A stretch of DNA of 64,000 nt from Rubrivivax sp. (GTDB lineage: Bacteria; Pseudomonadota; Gammaproteobacteria; Burkholderiales; Burkholderiaceae_C): positions 1,964-65,963 of the forward strand of contig BTVT01000023.1 of assembly GCA_045864135.1 (NCBI GenBank), given 5' to 3'. Below the pieces are notes generated by a model. That model did not search any database. It had not been told where the DNA came from and saw only the letters and a list, made by a program, of their open reading frames with translations. The translations under genes and the position numbers were made by a program. Shown here one piece after another: positions 1 to 11,455 of the stretch. Position 1 is the first letter of the stretch, and each line of letters starts with the position of its first letter.

Positions 1-95
1 AGCCGCGCTACGAGACCGGCACGGCCGCCGCCCCGACGACGGCGCAGTTCACGATCTCCAAGCGCGCGCCCGACGCGGCACCCGCCGCAGCCTGA
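1..95 (+). CDS. 3' end of a CDS truncated by the window edge (PRYETGTAAAPTTAQFTISKRAPDAAPAAA*)
   Basis: Open frame from position 3 to TGA at 93-95 with GC3-rich codons; no recognisable motif. Confidence 0.4.
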   Translation, partial: PRYETGTAAAPTTAQFTISKRAPDAAPAAA

Positions 96-174
96 GGGCC
101 GCGACACAGCGCACGGCACGGGCGGGCCGCAGCACCCGCCCGCTGCAGAACATCATCCGAGAGCGAGGTACGAG

Positions 175-618
175 ATGACGGTGATTTCCGACTTCATGCA
201 GAACGACCACGTCGAGATCGACGCCATCGCCGAGCGCGCCACCGCGGCCGCCGCGGCGGGCGATGCGGCCACGATGGCGCGCGAAGGCGCCGAATTCCTC
301 AAGCGCCTGCAGCTGCACATCGACCAGGAGGAGAAGCTGCTCTTCCCCGCGTTCGAGGAGCGCAGCGGCATGAGCGAAGGCGGCCCGAGCGTGCAGATGA
401 AGATGGAGCACGACGACATGCGCCCCATCCTCGAGCAGTTGCACGCGGCCGTCGCCGGCAAGGACAAGGCCGGCTACCAGAAGGCCTCGAAGGCGCTGTT
501 CGACATCCTGGTGCCGCACAACCAGAAGGAGGAGCAGATGATGTATCCGATGCTCGACGACACCATGGGCGCGGATGCCAGCGCCCTGCTCGCCGAAGTG
601 AAGGCGATGGCGGCCTGA
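175..618 (+). CDS. Hemerythrin (HHE) domain protein
   Basis: H...HxxxEExxLFP and H...HxxKEExxxYP repeats; GAGG-like RBS upstream. Confidence 0.85.
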   Translation: MTVISDFMQNDHVEIDAIAERATAAAAAGDAATMAREGAEFLKRLQLHIDQEEKLLFPAFEERSGMSEGGPSVQMKMEHDDMRPILEQLHAAVAGKDKAGYQKASKALFDILVPHNQKEEQMMYPMLDDTMGADASALLAEVKAMAA

Positions 619-764
619 GGCCAGCCTCGTCCGGCGTGCGCCGCGACCGCGGGCGGCACGCGCGATCCGCACGGGCCCGCATGTCGGGCCCGTTCGCATG
701 GCGGGTTCGCATTGCGGGCGCCAAATCTAGAATCCGCGGCTTCGCGTCGCCACCGGAGCCCCGC

Positions 765-2576
765 ATGGACACCCGCACCTCGCCGATCGGTCCCCGCCTG
801 CAAAGCCTGCGCGAGGCGATGGCGCGCGCAGGCGCCACGGCGCTGCTGATCCCTTCGGCCGACCCGCATCTCTCCGAATACCTGCCCGAGCGCTGGCAGG
901 CGCGGCAGTGGTTCTCGGGCTTCACCGGCTCGATGGGCACGCTGGTCGTCACGGCAGACGACGCCAGGCTCTTCGCCGACAGCCGCTACTGGGACCAGGC
1001 CGAGCGCGAGCTCGCCGGCAGCGGCATCGCGCTGGAGAAGATTCCCACCGGCAACTCCGCGGCGCATGTCGACTGGCTCGCCGCGCAGGTGCCCGCAGGC
1101 GGCTGCGTCGCCGTCGACGGCCAGGTGCTCGGCCTGGCCGCCGCGCAGGCGCTGCAGGCCGCGCTGGACCGCGCGGGCGTTGCCCTGCGCACCGACCTCG
1201 ATCTCGTCGACGCCGCCTGGCCCGGGCGCGCCGCGCTGCCGGCGGCAGCCGTCTACGAACACCGGCCGCCGCAGGCCTCGACGCCGCGCGCTGCCAAGCT
1301 CGCCCGGCTGCGCGAGAGCCTGGCGCAACACGGCGCCACGCATCACTTCGTCTCCACCGTCGACGACATCGCCTGGATCACCAACCTGCGCGGCAGCGAC
1401 GTGAGCCACAACCCGGTCTTCCTCGCCCACCTGCTGCTGGACGGCAGCAGCGCCACGCTCTTCGTCGGCGAGGGCAAGATCGACGCCGCGCTGCGCGACG
1501 CGCTCGCCGCCGACGGCGTGCGCCTGGCGCCCTACGCCGGAGCGGCGCCGGCGCTGGCCGCGCTGCCGGCCGACGCCGTGCTGCTGCTGGACCCCAGGCG
1601 CGTCACGCAGGGCCTGCGCGCGGCGGTGCCGGCCGCGGTGCGCGTGGTCGAGGCCATCAACCCGAGCACGCTGGCCAAGAGCCGCAAGACCGAGGCCGAG
1701 GCCGCGCAGGTGCGGCAGGCGATGGTCGAGGACGGCGTCGCGATGTGCGAGTTCTACGCCGCCTTCGAGGCGTCGATGGCGCGCGGCGAGGCCTGGGACG
1801 AGCTGAAGGTCGACGAGCACCTGACGGCTGCGCGCGCGCGCCGGCCCGGCTTCGTCGGCACGAGCTTCGGCACCATCGCCGGCTTCAACGCCAACGGCGC
1901 GCTGCCGCACTATCACGCCACGCCTGCGGCCGTCTCGCGCATCGAGGGCGACGGCCTGCTGCTCATCGACAGCGGCGGCCAGTACCTCGGCGGCACCACC
2001 GACATCACGCGCGTGTGGCCGATCGGCAAGGTGAGCGCGGCGATGAAGCGCGACTACACGCTCGTGCTCGCGGGGACGATCGCGCTGTCGCGCACGCGCT
2101 TCCCGCGCGGCACGCTGTCGCCGATGCTGGACGCCATCGCGCGCGCGCCGCTGTGGCAGCACGGCCTGGACTACGGCCACGGCACCGGCCACGGCGTGGG
2201 CTACTTCCTCAACGTGCACGAAGGTCCGCAGAGCATCAGCCGCGCCGTGCCCACGCCCGAGATGGCGATGGAGCCGGGGATGATCACGAGCATCGAGCCC
2301 GGCCTCTACCGCAGCGGACAGTGGGGCGTGCGCATCGAGAACCTGGTGCTCAACGTCGCCGCGACGCAGGATGTCGACGGCGGCTTCGGCGAGTACCTCG
2401 ACTTCGAGACGCTCACCCTCTGCCCGATCGACACCCGCTGCATCGAGCGCAGCCTGCTGCGCGCCGACGACATCGCCTGGCTCGACGCCTACCACGCCCG
2501 CGTACGCGAGCGCCTGTCGCCGCAGCTGCAGGGCGCGGCGCTCGCCTGGCTGCAGGAACGCACGCGGCCCTTGTGA
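765..2576 (+). CDS. Xaa-Pro aminopeptidase (aminopeptidase P, M24B)
   Basis: DPHLSEY, DSGGQYLGGTTDITR, HGTGHGVG, VHEGPQ, EPGLY, GVRIEN motifs; TAGAAT -10 box at 728-733. Confidence 0.93.
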   Translation: MDTRTSPIGPRLQSLREAMARAGATALLIPSADPHLSEYLPERWQARQWFSGFTGSMGTLVVTADDARLFADSRYWDQAERELAGSGIALEKIPTGNSAAHVDWLAAQVPAGGCVAVDGQVLGLAAAQALQAALDRAGVALRTDLDLVDAAWPGRAALPAAAVYEHRPPQASTPRAAKLARLRESLAQHGATHHFVSTVDDIAWITNLRGSDVSHNPVFLAHLLLDGSSATLFVGEGKIDAALRDALAADGVRLAPYAGAAPALAALPADAVLLLDPRRVTQGLRAAVPAAVRVVEAINPSTLAKSRKTEAEAAQVRQAMVEDGVAMCEFYAAFEASMARGEAWDELKVDEHLTAARARRPGFVGTSFGTIAGFNANGALPHYHATPAAVSRIEGDGLLLIDSGGQYLGGTTDITRVWPIGKVSAAMKRDYTLVLAGTIALSRTRFPRGTLSPMLDAIARAPLWQHGLDYGHGTGHGVGYFLNVHEGPQSISRAVPTPEMAMEPGMITSIEPGLYRSGQWGVRIENLVLNVAATQDVDGGFGEYLDFETLTLCPIDTRCIERSLLRADDIAWLDAYHARVRERLSPQLQGAALAWLQERTRPL

Positions 2577-3508
2577 GCCAGACCCACGACCGCGCGGCGC
2601 CGCGGGCGCTGGGCATGGACCTCGGCGGCACGAAGATCGAGGCCCTGCTGCTCGACACCGAGGGCCGCGAGCACTGGCGCGAGCGCGTGCCCACGCCGGG
2701 CGACGGCTACGACGCCATCCTCGACGCGATTGCGGGCCTGGTGGCTCGTGCGCGGCAGGCGAGCGCCCTGCCCTTCACCCTGGGCCTCGGCACCCCGGGC
2801 AGCCTCACGCCCGAAGGCCTGCTGAAGAACAGCAACACGACCTGCCTGAACGGCCGCCCACTGCAGCGCGACCTGCAGCAGCGGCTGCAGATGCCGCTTG
2901 CGATCGACAACGACGCCAACTGCCTGGCGCTGAGCGAAGCCACGGACGGCGCCGGGGCGGGCGCCGAAGTCGTCTTCGCGGCGATTCTGGGCACCGGCGT
3001 CGGCGCGGGCATCGCGGTGCACGGCCGCGTGCTGCGCGGCGCCAACGGCATCGCCGGCGAATGGGGCCACAACCCGCTGCCCTGGGCGGTCGTCGGCGAG
3101 GATCCGGCACCGCGCTGCTACTGCGGCAAGGCCGGCTGCATCGAGACGCTGCTGAGCGGCCCGGCGCTTGCGCGCGACCACGCCGCGCACGGCGGCGGCG
3201 TGCTGACCGCCGCGCAGATCGCAGCCGCCGCTGCGGCCGGCGACGCCCTCGCACAGGCCACGCTCGAACGCCACGCGGTGCGGCTGGCGCGGGCCCTGGC
3301 CGGCGTCATCAACCTGCTCGACCCCGAGGTCATCGTGCTCGGCGGCGGCCTCTCGCGGATCGCGCAACTCTACGAACGCGTATCCGCGCTGTGGAGCCGC
3401 TGGATCGCCAGCGGCGGCCAGCGCGACACGGTACGCACCCGGCTTGCACCCGCGCGGCACGGCGACGCCTCGGGCGTGCGCGGCGCGGCGTGGATAGGGC
3501 GCGGCTGA
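2573..3508 (+). CDS. ROK family sugar kinase (fructokinase/Mak-like)
   Basis: DLGGTK, NDANC, GTGVGAG, GEWGH, CYCGKAGCIE; GTG start overlaps the upstream stop (GTGA). Confidence 0.92.
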   Translation: MSQTHDRAAPRALGMDLGGTKIEALLLDTEGREHWRERVPTPGDGYDAILDAIAGLVARARQASALPFTLGLGTPGSLTPEGLLKNSNTTCLNGRPLQRDLQQRLQMPLAIDNDANCLALSEATDGAGAGAEVVFAAILGTGVGAGIAVHGRVLRGANGIAGEWGHNPLPWAVVGEDPAPRCYCGKAGCIETLLSGPALARDHAAHGGGVLTAAQIAAAAAAGDALAQATLERHAVRLARALAGVINLLDPEVIVLGGGLSRIAQLYERVSALWSRWIASGGQRDTVRTRLAPARHGDASGVRGAAWIGRG

Positions 3509-3681
3509 GCCCTCGATCGCTGCGCACCACAAGCTTCGATTCAACGCGCACCGTTGCGGCGGCCAGGGATGCAAGCCAGGCCCCAGGAGCCTGGCAATGG
3601 CGATGCCGAGCGAAGGCACGACGAGGGACAACGCGACTGCGGCTAAGCCCCTCCCGTTGAGCTTTGAAGTGCAAGCCATGA

Positions 3682-3716
3682 CTTGCATTTCGACCGAATT
3701 CGGTCAATATTGCAAG
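3682..3716 (+). promoter_or_regulatory. Putative antitoxin operator palindrome
   Basis: Perfect 14-bp palindrome GACCGAATTCGGTC (3692-3705) flanked by inverted CTTGCA/TGCAAG, directly before the HTH start codon. Confidence 0.6.
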
Positions 3717-3718
3717 CC

Positions 3719-4030
3719 ATGGCTGACATCGTACGACTCCCCGACGAACTGGGCGGGCAGCTTCAGGCGCGCCGCAGGGCGCTTGGGCTGAGCAAGTCCG
3801 AACTGGCGCAGCGTGCCGGCAAGGTGCGCGAAGTGGTCTATCGACTGGAAGCGGGAGCCGACAGCACGGTGTCCTCGCTGCTGGCCGTTCTGGGCGCGCT
3901 GGGTCTGGCACTGCGCCTCGAGCCCGTGGGCCTGCCCACGGCCGAAGAGGTGGCGCGGCGCTTTCGCATGGACGACGAGTCGGACGGCGGCGGCGATGGC
4001 GAGGATGGGGACGACCACCGTGCGGCCTAG
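3719..4030 (+). CDS. XRE/HipB-like HTH antitoxin with acidic C-terminal tail
   Basis: ARRRALGLSKSELAQRAG...YRLEAG HTH pattern; overlaps the downstream HipA-like gene. Confidence 0.85.
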   Translation: MADIVRLPDELGGQLQARRRALGLSKSELAQRAGKVREVVYRLEAGADSTVSSLLAVLGALGLALRLEPVGLPTAEEVARRFRMDDESDGGGDGEDGDDHRAA

Positions 4031-5264
4031 CGGTCTGCCCGAACGCGTGCGCGCGCTCGACGTTTCGATCGGCGAGCGCGCGCGTGCCGGCCAGTTGCTG
4101 AAGACCTCGATCTACGAGTTCCGCTACCTGAGCGCGCAAGCCGATCAGGATGCCGTCGCCTTGCTGATGGCCGCGCGCGAGCGCCTGACCTGGCAGGACG
4201 GCGATCTGTTCGCGCCCATGGACCAGAACCTTCCCGAAGGCGACCTGTTCCTACGCATCCGCCAGCTCTTTCCGAAGCAGGCCATGACGCCGATGCACCT
4301 GCTGGCGCTGATCGGCGCCAACGGCATCGGGCGCCTGGGTTACCGGCTGCCCGACGCACCAGCGCCCGCCCTGCCGCCGCCCATCGGCAAAGCGAGCCTG
4401 TTGAAGACGCGCTTCAGCCCAGCGGTGTTCGACGAGCTGGTCGCGGCCTACCTGAGCACCGGCGCAGGGATCGCCGGCATCCAGCCCAAGATCATGGTGC
4501 CCGAGCGCGCGACGGTGCCCATTCCCTCGCTGATCGTGAAGGCGGGCAGCGCCGCCTATCCTGGGCTGACCGCCAACGAGTTCCTCTGCCTGTGCGCCGC
4601 GCGGCGCGCAGGCCTCGAGGTGCCGGGCTTCGACTTGTCCGACGACGGGCAGATGCTGGTGCTGGACCGCTTCGACCTCGTGACGCAGGCCGACGGGCGC
4701 CTCGAGCGCCTGGGCTTCGAGGACATCGCTGCCCTCGCCGGCCTGCGCGTGCGCGACGTGCTGGCCGACCGCAAGTACCAGGGCAGCTACGAACGCGTGG
4801 CCGAGTTGCTGCGCCTGCTCCAAGTGCCAAGCGTCAATCTGCAGCGCTTCTTCCGCCAGGTGGCCTTCTCGGTGATGGTCCGCAACGGCGACGCCCACCT
4901 GAAGAATTTCGGCGTGCTCTACCGGAATGCGTCGGATGTCTGGCTCGCGCCGATGTTCGACGTCGTGACCACGGCCATCTACACCTACAGCCGCTATCCC
5001 GGCGGCCCCGAGCTCGAGGATCGCACCCTGGCGCTGAAGCTCTTCGCCGGCCGGCGCGCGACCAGGGCCTACCCCTTGCGCGAGGAGCTGCTCGACTTCG
5101 GCCGCCGCATCTGTGGCGTCGGTCAGCCCGCGCGCGAGCTGGACATCCTCGCGCAGGCAATGCAGGAGACGCTGCAAGAGGCGCGCAGCGACGAGCGCAT
5201 TCCCGCGCCCTTGCTGACGAGGATGCGCAGCGCCTGGAACGAGGGTCTCGCGCTGGCGCACTGA
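4005..5264 (+). CDS. hipA: HipA-family Ser/Thr kinase toxin
   Basis: AGIQPK Gly-loop/Lys, NGDAHLKNF catalytic loop, LAPMFDV; start uncertain (3996 or 4005). Confidence 0.88.
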   Translation: MGTTTVRPSGLPERVRALDVSIGERARAGQLLKTSIYEFRYLSAQADQDAVALLMAARERLTWQDGDLFAPMDQNLPEGDLFLRIRQLFPKQAMTPMHLLALIGANGIGRLGYRLPDAPAPALPPPIGKASLLKTRFSPAVFDELVAAYLSTGAGIAGIQPKIMVPERATVPIPSLIVKAGSAAYPGLTANEFLCLCAARRAGLEVPGFDLSDDGQMLVLDRFDLVTQADGRLERLGFEDIAALAGLRVRDVLADRKYQGSYERVAELLRLLQVPSVNLQRFFRQVAFSVMVRNGDAHLKNFGVLYRNASDVWLAPMFDVVTTAIYTYSRYPGGPELEDRTLALKLFAGRRATRAYPLREELLDFGRRICGVGQPARELDILAQAMQETLQEARSDERIPAPLLTRMRSAWNEGLALAH

Positions 5265-5337
5265 GCGTGCCGAGCCCACCAAACGACCGCCGGGCCGTCC
5301 AGCGCGCAGCGCCGCGCCGGCCCGGCCCTTGCGCTCC

Positions 5338-8154
5338 CTACGCCGGCCGATTGATCCGCGCGTTCAGCCCCTGGCGCAGCAGTTCGGCGACGTCGGCGAG
5401 GTGCGCGCGCGCCTCGGCGCTCAGGCCGGGGCGGCGCTGCGCGGTGTCGATGCGCACGAGCAGGCCGTGCGCCTGCTGGCGCAGCAGGCTGCGCTGGTCG
5501 GCGCGGCCCTGGGCGCTCGGGCGCAGCAGCACCGCGGCCAGGCGCGCCGCGTGCTCGCGCTGCAGGTCGCGCCGCAGCGCGGGGATGTCGCCGGCACGCG
5601 CCTCGAGTTCGCTCCAGACATCGCGCGCGAACTGGGCGTAGAGCTCGGAGAGCGCCAGCGCCCGGCCCGGCTCGGCCTTGCCCTGGCCGTCCAGGATGCG
5701 CTGCGCGACGCCATCGCTCATCAGCTGGCCGAGCAGGGCGCGCTGCAGCTCGAGCAACTGATCGGCCGGCGAGAAATCGGTCGCCAGGTTGGTCTCGCCG
5801 CCGAAGAGGGCGTCGGTGCGCTCCAGGTAGTCGGGCGCGAGGCGCCGCTGCAGCGTCGGCGGCAGCACCAGCGCATCGGCGCCGAAGAAGTGGCGCGAGA
5901 GCGCCTGCAGCGCCGCACGCTGCAGCGCGGGCTCCACCGGCTGCAGCGGATCGCGCCCGCTGCCGGGGAAATCGCGCAGCGTGCGCACGCCGCCGATCTG
6001 GCGCGCGAGCACGCCGCCGGCGCGCGCCATCTCGCGGATCGCGTAGACGACCGAGCGACGCAGCACCGCGTAGTCGGCATCGGGATCGAGATCGCGCGTG
6101 GCCTGGCGCTGCAGCAATTCGCGCGCGATGACGATGCGCTGCTCGGCAAAGGCCACCGGGTCGTCGCCGAGGTCGAACACGAGCGACTCCGGGTCGATGC
6201 CCAGGCCGTTGTCCTCGTCGGTGCCGTAGGCCAGTTGCGGCTCGGCGCTGCGCGCGGCCACGCGCTGCAGCTCGGCCTCTTCCTGCTCGGCGGTACTGCC
6301 CGGCGGCATGGGCTTGTAGGCGTACTCGATGGCCCAGTCGTCGTAGGGCCCGAGGTTCTTCTGGAACGCCGGCAGCGGCTGCGACGCGCCCGGCGGCGCG
6401 AGGTTCAGCGGCGCGTACTCCATCACCGAGCCGGCCAGACCGTGCGTGCGCACGAACTCGGGGTCGTTCATCTGCGCCATCGTGTAGGCGCGCGAGCTGC
6501 GGAAGTTGTGCCGCAGGCCCAGCGTGTGGCCGACCTCGTGCATCGTCACGTCAGTGAGGTAGTCCTGCACGAAGGCCTCGGCTTCGGGGCTGGCCGGGTC
6601 GATCTCGCCGCGCGCCTCGAGCACGTCGAGCGCGTAGGCGAGCTGCTCGGCAGCGAAGTCGGCGTGGTCGCAGGCGCCGATCGTGGCGGCGCCGTCGGGG
6701 CCGGCCTCGACCTGGGCGCCGAACTGCATCAGCCGCGACCACTCCAGCGGCGAGGCGCGACTGGACAGCACCTGCGAGCGCAGCGCGCGCAGGTTGCGCG
6801 AGGACAGGCTCTCGATGCCGATGTCGGCGTCGAGGATCTCGCCGCTGCGCGGGTCGACCTGGCTCGGGCCGATGGCGCCGAAGTTCGGGCTCGCGTTGGT
6901 CATCCAGCGCAGCGAGGCGGCGGCGACATCGAGCGTGTCGAAGTCGGCATCGTCGGGCTGGATCTTCGCGACGATGGCGTTCCGAAAGCCGATCTTCTCG
7001 AAGGCGCTGTTCCAGCCGAGCACGCCGCGCAGGATGGCGCCGCGGTACTTCAGCGGAATGCTGCGGTCCAGCCAGAAGGTGATGGGCTTGACCGGCTCCG
7101 AGATCTCGGCGGCAGGATCCTTCTTCTCGAGGCGCCAGCGGTTGACGAAGCGCCGCTGCGGCGTGCGCGCGAGATCGTTCGAGAAGTCGGCGACGTTGGT
7201 CGTGAAGTAGCCGATGCGCGGATCGGCGCGGCGCGGCGCCATCGGCTGCGCGGGCAGTTCGGCAAAGGCGTAGTGCAGGCCGAGGAACAGGCTGCGCGCA
7301 TCGGGCAGGAAGCGCGGCTCGCTGGGCTGCAGCGCCGGCGGCACGGGCACCGGCGTCGGCCCAGGCTGCATGAGCACCGCCGTGGCGAAATGGGCCTGCA
7401 CCTCGAACACCGTCTCGGCGGCCTTGCCGCGCACCGCGGTGATGGCCGAGTTCGCGCGGTCCATCGCGAAGTTCTGCCGATAGCTGCGCTGCAGGCGCAG
7501 CCCCAGGCCGAGCAGGTCGCCCAGCAGCATCGGATTCGCCTCGACCAGCACGCTCTTGCGGTCGGGGTGCGGCTGGCTGGCCACCGCGGCGCTGCCCAGC
7601 AGGCTCGCCGAGAAGCCCGCGCGCACCGCGCGCCCCTCGGGCGTGCCGGCCGCGGCCTCGAACGAGGTGTTGCGCGCCAGCAGTTGCACCTGGTTGTGCA
7701 CGCGGTGGAACTCGACGGTCTGCTGGCGCCCGAAGCTGCCCCAGCGCCCGATCATGGTGCCGCCGAAGAAGCCGCGCTCGCCGATGCCCTGCGCGATCTT
7801 GGGGCCGAAGAAGAAGGGCTTGCCGAAGTCCTCGGGGCGCAGCTCGAACCAGAACTTGTCGTCCTTCTGCCAGACGGTGATGAGGCCATCGATGCGGCGC
7901 GCGTCCTTGACCACGGCGCCGAAGGGCTGCGGCTGCCCCGGCGGCGTCGGCGCCGCGGCAACGGCCGGTGGCCGCGCCCCGGGCGACGCCGCGGCGGGAG
8001 CGGAGGCCTGCGCGGCGGCGGGCGACGCCCCCGTGGCCGTGGCCGCGGCCGCGGACGGCGTGGCCGCCTCTGCCGCGGGCCGCAGGTTGGCACAGCCGGA
8101 GGCGGCCAGCGCGGCCGCCACGGCGAGGAAGGCCGGAACGCGTGTTCGCTTCAT
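5338..8154 (-). CDS. Secreted/lipoprotein zinc-dependent Met-zincin metalloprotease (EcxA/DUF5117-like)
   Basis: HEVGHTLGLRHNF zinc motif, GSVMEY Met-turn, RADPRIGYF; signal peptide ending ASGC. Confidence 0.85.
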   Translation of the reverse strand: MKRTRVPAFLAVAAALAASGCANLRPAAEAATPSAAAATATGASPAAAQASAPAAASPGARPPAVAAAPTPPGQPQPFGAVVKDARRIDGLITVWQKDDKFWFELRPEDFGKPFFFGPKIAQGIGERGFFGGTMIGRWGSFGRQQTVEFHRVHNQVQLLARNTSFEAAAGTPEGRAVRAGFSASLLGSAAVASQPHPDRKSVLVEANPMLLGDLLGLGLRLQRSYRQNFAMDRANSAITAVRGKAAETVFEVQAHFATAVLMQPGPTPVPVPPALQPSEPRFLPDARSLFLGLHYAFAELPAQPMAPRRADPRIGYFTTNVADFSNDLARTPQRRFVNRWRLEKKDPAAEISEPVKPITFWLDRSIPLKYRGAILRGVLGWNSAFEKIGFRNAIVAKIQPDDADFDTLDVAAASLRWMTNASPNFGAIGPSQVDPRSGEILDADIGIESLSSRNLRALRSQVLSSRASPLEWSRLMQFGAQVEAGPDGAATIGACDHADFAAEQLAYALDVLEARGEIDPASPEAEAFVQDYLTDVTMHEVGHTLGLRHNFRSSRAYTMAQMNDPEFVRTHGLAGSVMEYAPLNLAPPGASQPLPAFQKNLGPYDDWAIEYAYKPMPPGSTAEQEEAELQRVAARSAEPQLAYGTDEDNGLGIDPESLVFDLGDDPVAFAEQRIVIARELLQRQATRDLDPDADYAVLRRSVVYAIREMARAGGVLARQIGGVRTLRDFPGSGRDPLQPVEPALQRAALQALSRHFFGADALVLPPTLQRRLAPDYLERTDALFGGETNLATDFSPADQLLELQRALLGQLMSDGVAQRILDGQGKAEPGRALALSELYAQFARDVWSELEARAGDIPALRRDLQREHAARLAAVLLRPSAQGRADQRSLLRQQAHGLLVRIDTAQRRPGLSAEARAHLADVAELLRQGLNARINRPA

Positions 8155-8173
8155 GCCGAGTGCCCCGGTCGTC

Positions 8174-9838
<1,665 letters not shown>

Positions 9839-10072
9839 GGCGATGCAGGACGGCAGTCCTGAAGGAAGATCGAGAAACGAGGGGAGCGCGGGCGGTTGCG
9901 GCGCCGCAGGGCTTGGGCGCGGACTTGAACGCGCCGAACCGGGCATTATCGTCGGTCACCCGCCCGCGCAGCTCGACCCGCGCAATCGCCGTCCGGTCGC
10001 AGGGCGGCTTGAAATCGGCCGCTGCCGGTGCAAGATCGGGGGCGTCGGGAGGTCCGGCATCGGGAGGACGCA

Positions 10073-10489
10073 TTGAACGGTTCCGTCATCACCACCAGCG
10101 GGGACGAAGGCTCGCTGCTGCGCATCACCCACATCGTCTACGGCCTGCATGCGCTGGGCCTGGCGATCGGCGCCTTCGGCGCGGCGACGGTGCTCGGCTC
10201 CTTCCTCTTCGGCTGGCCGTCGATCGTCGCGGTCATCCTGAACTACGTCTATCGCGGCCAGGCGCGCGGCACCTGGCTCGAGTCGCACTTCGGCTGGCAG
10301 ATCCGCACCTTCTGGTACGCGCTGCTGTGGGCGGTGATCGTCGGCGTCGTCTCGCTGCCTCTGACGCTCGTGATCATCGGCTTCGGCACCTGGGTGCTGG
10401 GCATGATCGTCCTGGGCGCCTGGGCGATCTACCGCATCGGCCGCGGCTGGATCCGCCTGAACGACCGCCAGCCGATGCCGATGGCCTGA
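10073..10489 (+). CDS. Small membrane protein (DUF4870-like)
   Basis: TTG start 7 nt after GGAGG; three hydrophobic segments; WLESHFxWQIRTFW motif. Confidence 0.75.
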   Translation: MNGSVITTSGDEGSLLRITHIVYGLHALGLAIGAFGAATVLGSFLFGWPSIVAVILNYVYRGQARGTWLESHFGWQIRTFWYALLWAVIVGVVSLPLTLVIIGFGTWVLGMIVLGAWAIYRIGRGWIRLNDRQPMPMA

Positions 10490-10500
10490 GCGCCTGCCGG

Positions 10501-10548
10501 CGCCTATGCCGACGCCTATGCCAGCGCTTTAGGCCGGCGTTCATGCCG
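10501..10548 (+). repeat. Degenerate 12-nt tandem repeat (CGCCTATGCCGA-like, about 4 units)
   Basis: cgcctatgccga cgcctatgccag cgctttaggccg gcgttcatgccg. Confidence 0.55.
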
Positions 10549-10659
10549 GCCTTCCTGCGCTGCGCCCGCGGCAACGCGAAAAATTCGCGCCCGCGGGCTT
10601 CAGTTCGCGCGCCGCAGGCCGATGACCGGACCAAGCCCCGAGCCCCGAGCCCCGGCATC

Positions 10660-11376
10660 ATGCAAGCCCTGCCCCCCACCCCCAAGCGCGCGCTGATCGT
10701 CGACGATCAGCTGCTCGTCCGTGCCGGCGTCGCGGCGCTGCTGGAAGCCATGCCCGAGTGGCAGTGCGTGGGCACGGCGGCAAGCCCCGAGGCCGCGGTG
10801 CAGGCCTGCCTCGACGAGCGGCCCGACCTGGTGCTGCTGGACCTGCACCTGCCGAGCGCCACCCCCGCGCCGCAGGCCGGGGCCGCGAGCACAACCGTGC
10901 CGCAGGCCCAGGCCGGCAGCACGACCGCGCCGCAGGAGCTCGAAGGCATTGGCCTCGCGCGCACCCTGCTGAGCCTGCAGCCGCGGCTGCGTATCCTCGT
11001 GCTCTCCGGCCGCACGCAACCCGAGGTGGTGCGCGCGGCCTTGCGCGCGGGCGCCTGCGGGTTCATCGGCAAGGACTTCGTGCACGAGGAACTGCAGCAG
11101 GCGCTGCACAGCGTCGTCGCCGGCCACCGCTGGCTGAGCCCGGCGCTTGCCGCCGCGCTGCGCGATCAGGAGCGCACGACGCCGGCCCTCACCGGACGCC
11201 AGCGCGACGTGCTCACGCTGCTGGCGCGCGGGCAGTCGAACAAGCAGATCGCGCGCAGCCTGGGCGTGAGCGTGAAGACGGTCGAGTACCACCGTGCCGA
11301 GCTGATCGCCCGCCTGGACCTGCACGACGTCGCCAGCCTCACGCGCTTCGCCGTGGCGCAGGGCCTGGCGAGCTGA
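10660..11376 (+). CDS. Orphan NarL/LuxR-family response regulator
   Basis: IVDD...LLDLHLP...FIGK receiver; [22 protein letters not shown] LuxR HTH. Confidence 0.88.
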   Translation: MQALPPTPKRALIVDDQLLVRAGVAALLEAMPEWQCVGTAASPEAAVQACLDERPDLVLLDLHLPSATPAPQAGAASTTVPQAQAGSTTAPQELEGIGLARTLLSLQPRLRILVLSGRTQPEVVRAALRAGACGFIGKDFVHEELQQALHSVVAGHRWLSPALAAALRDQERTTPALTGRQRDVLTLLARGQSNKQIARSLGVSVKTVEYHRAELIARLDLHDVASLTRFAVAQGLAS

Positions 11377-11409
11377 GAGTTCGCCGGGCACGCCGCCCAA
11401 GCGCCGCGC

Positions 11410-11455
11410 GGCAGACGCCACGCGGCAGACGCGGCAGACGCGACACGGCAGACGC
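11410..11455 (+). repeat. Four copies of GGCAGACGC
   Basis: Copies start at 11410, 11424, 11433 and 11447, just upstream of a TACAAT -10 box (11472-11477). Confidence 0.65.

Noticed and set aside
3597-3791. 64-aa ORF over the hipB promoter
   Set aside because: It overlaps the operator and the HTH gene in another frame and has no recognisable features.
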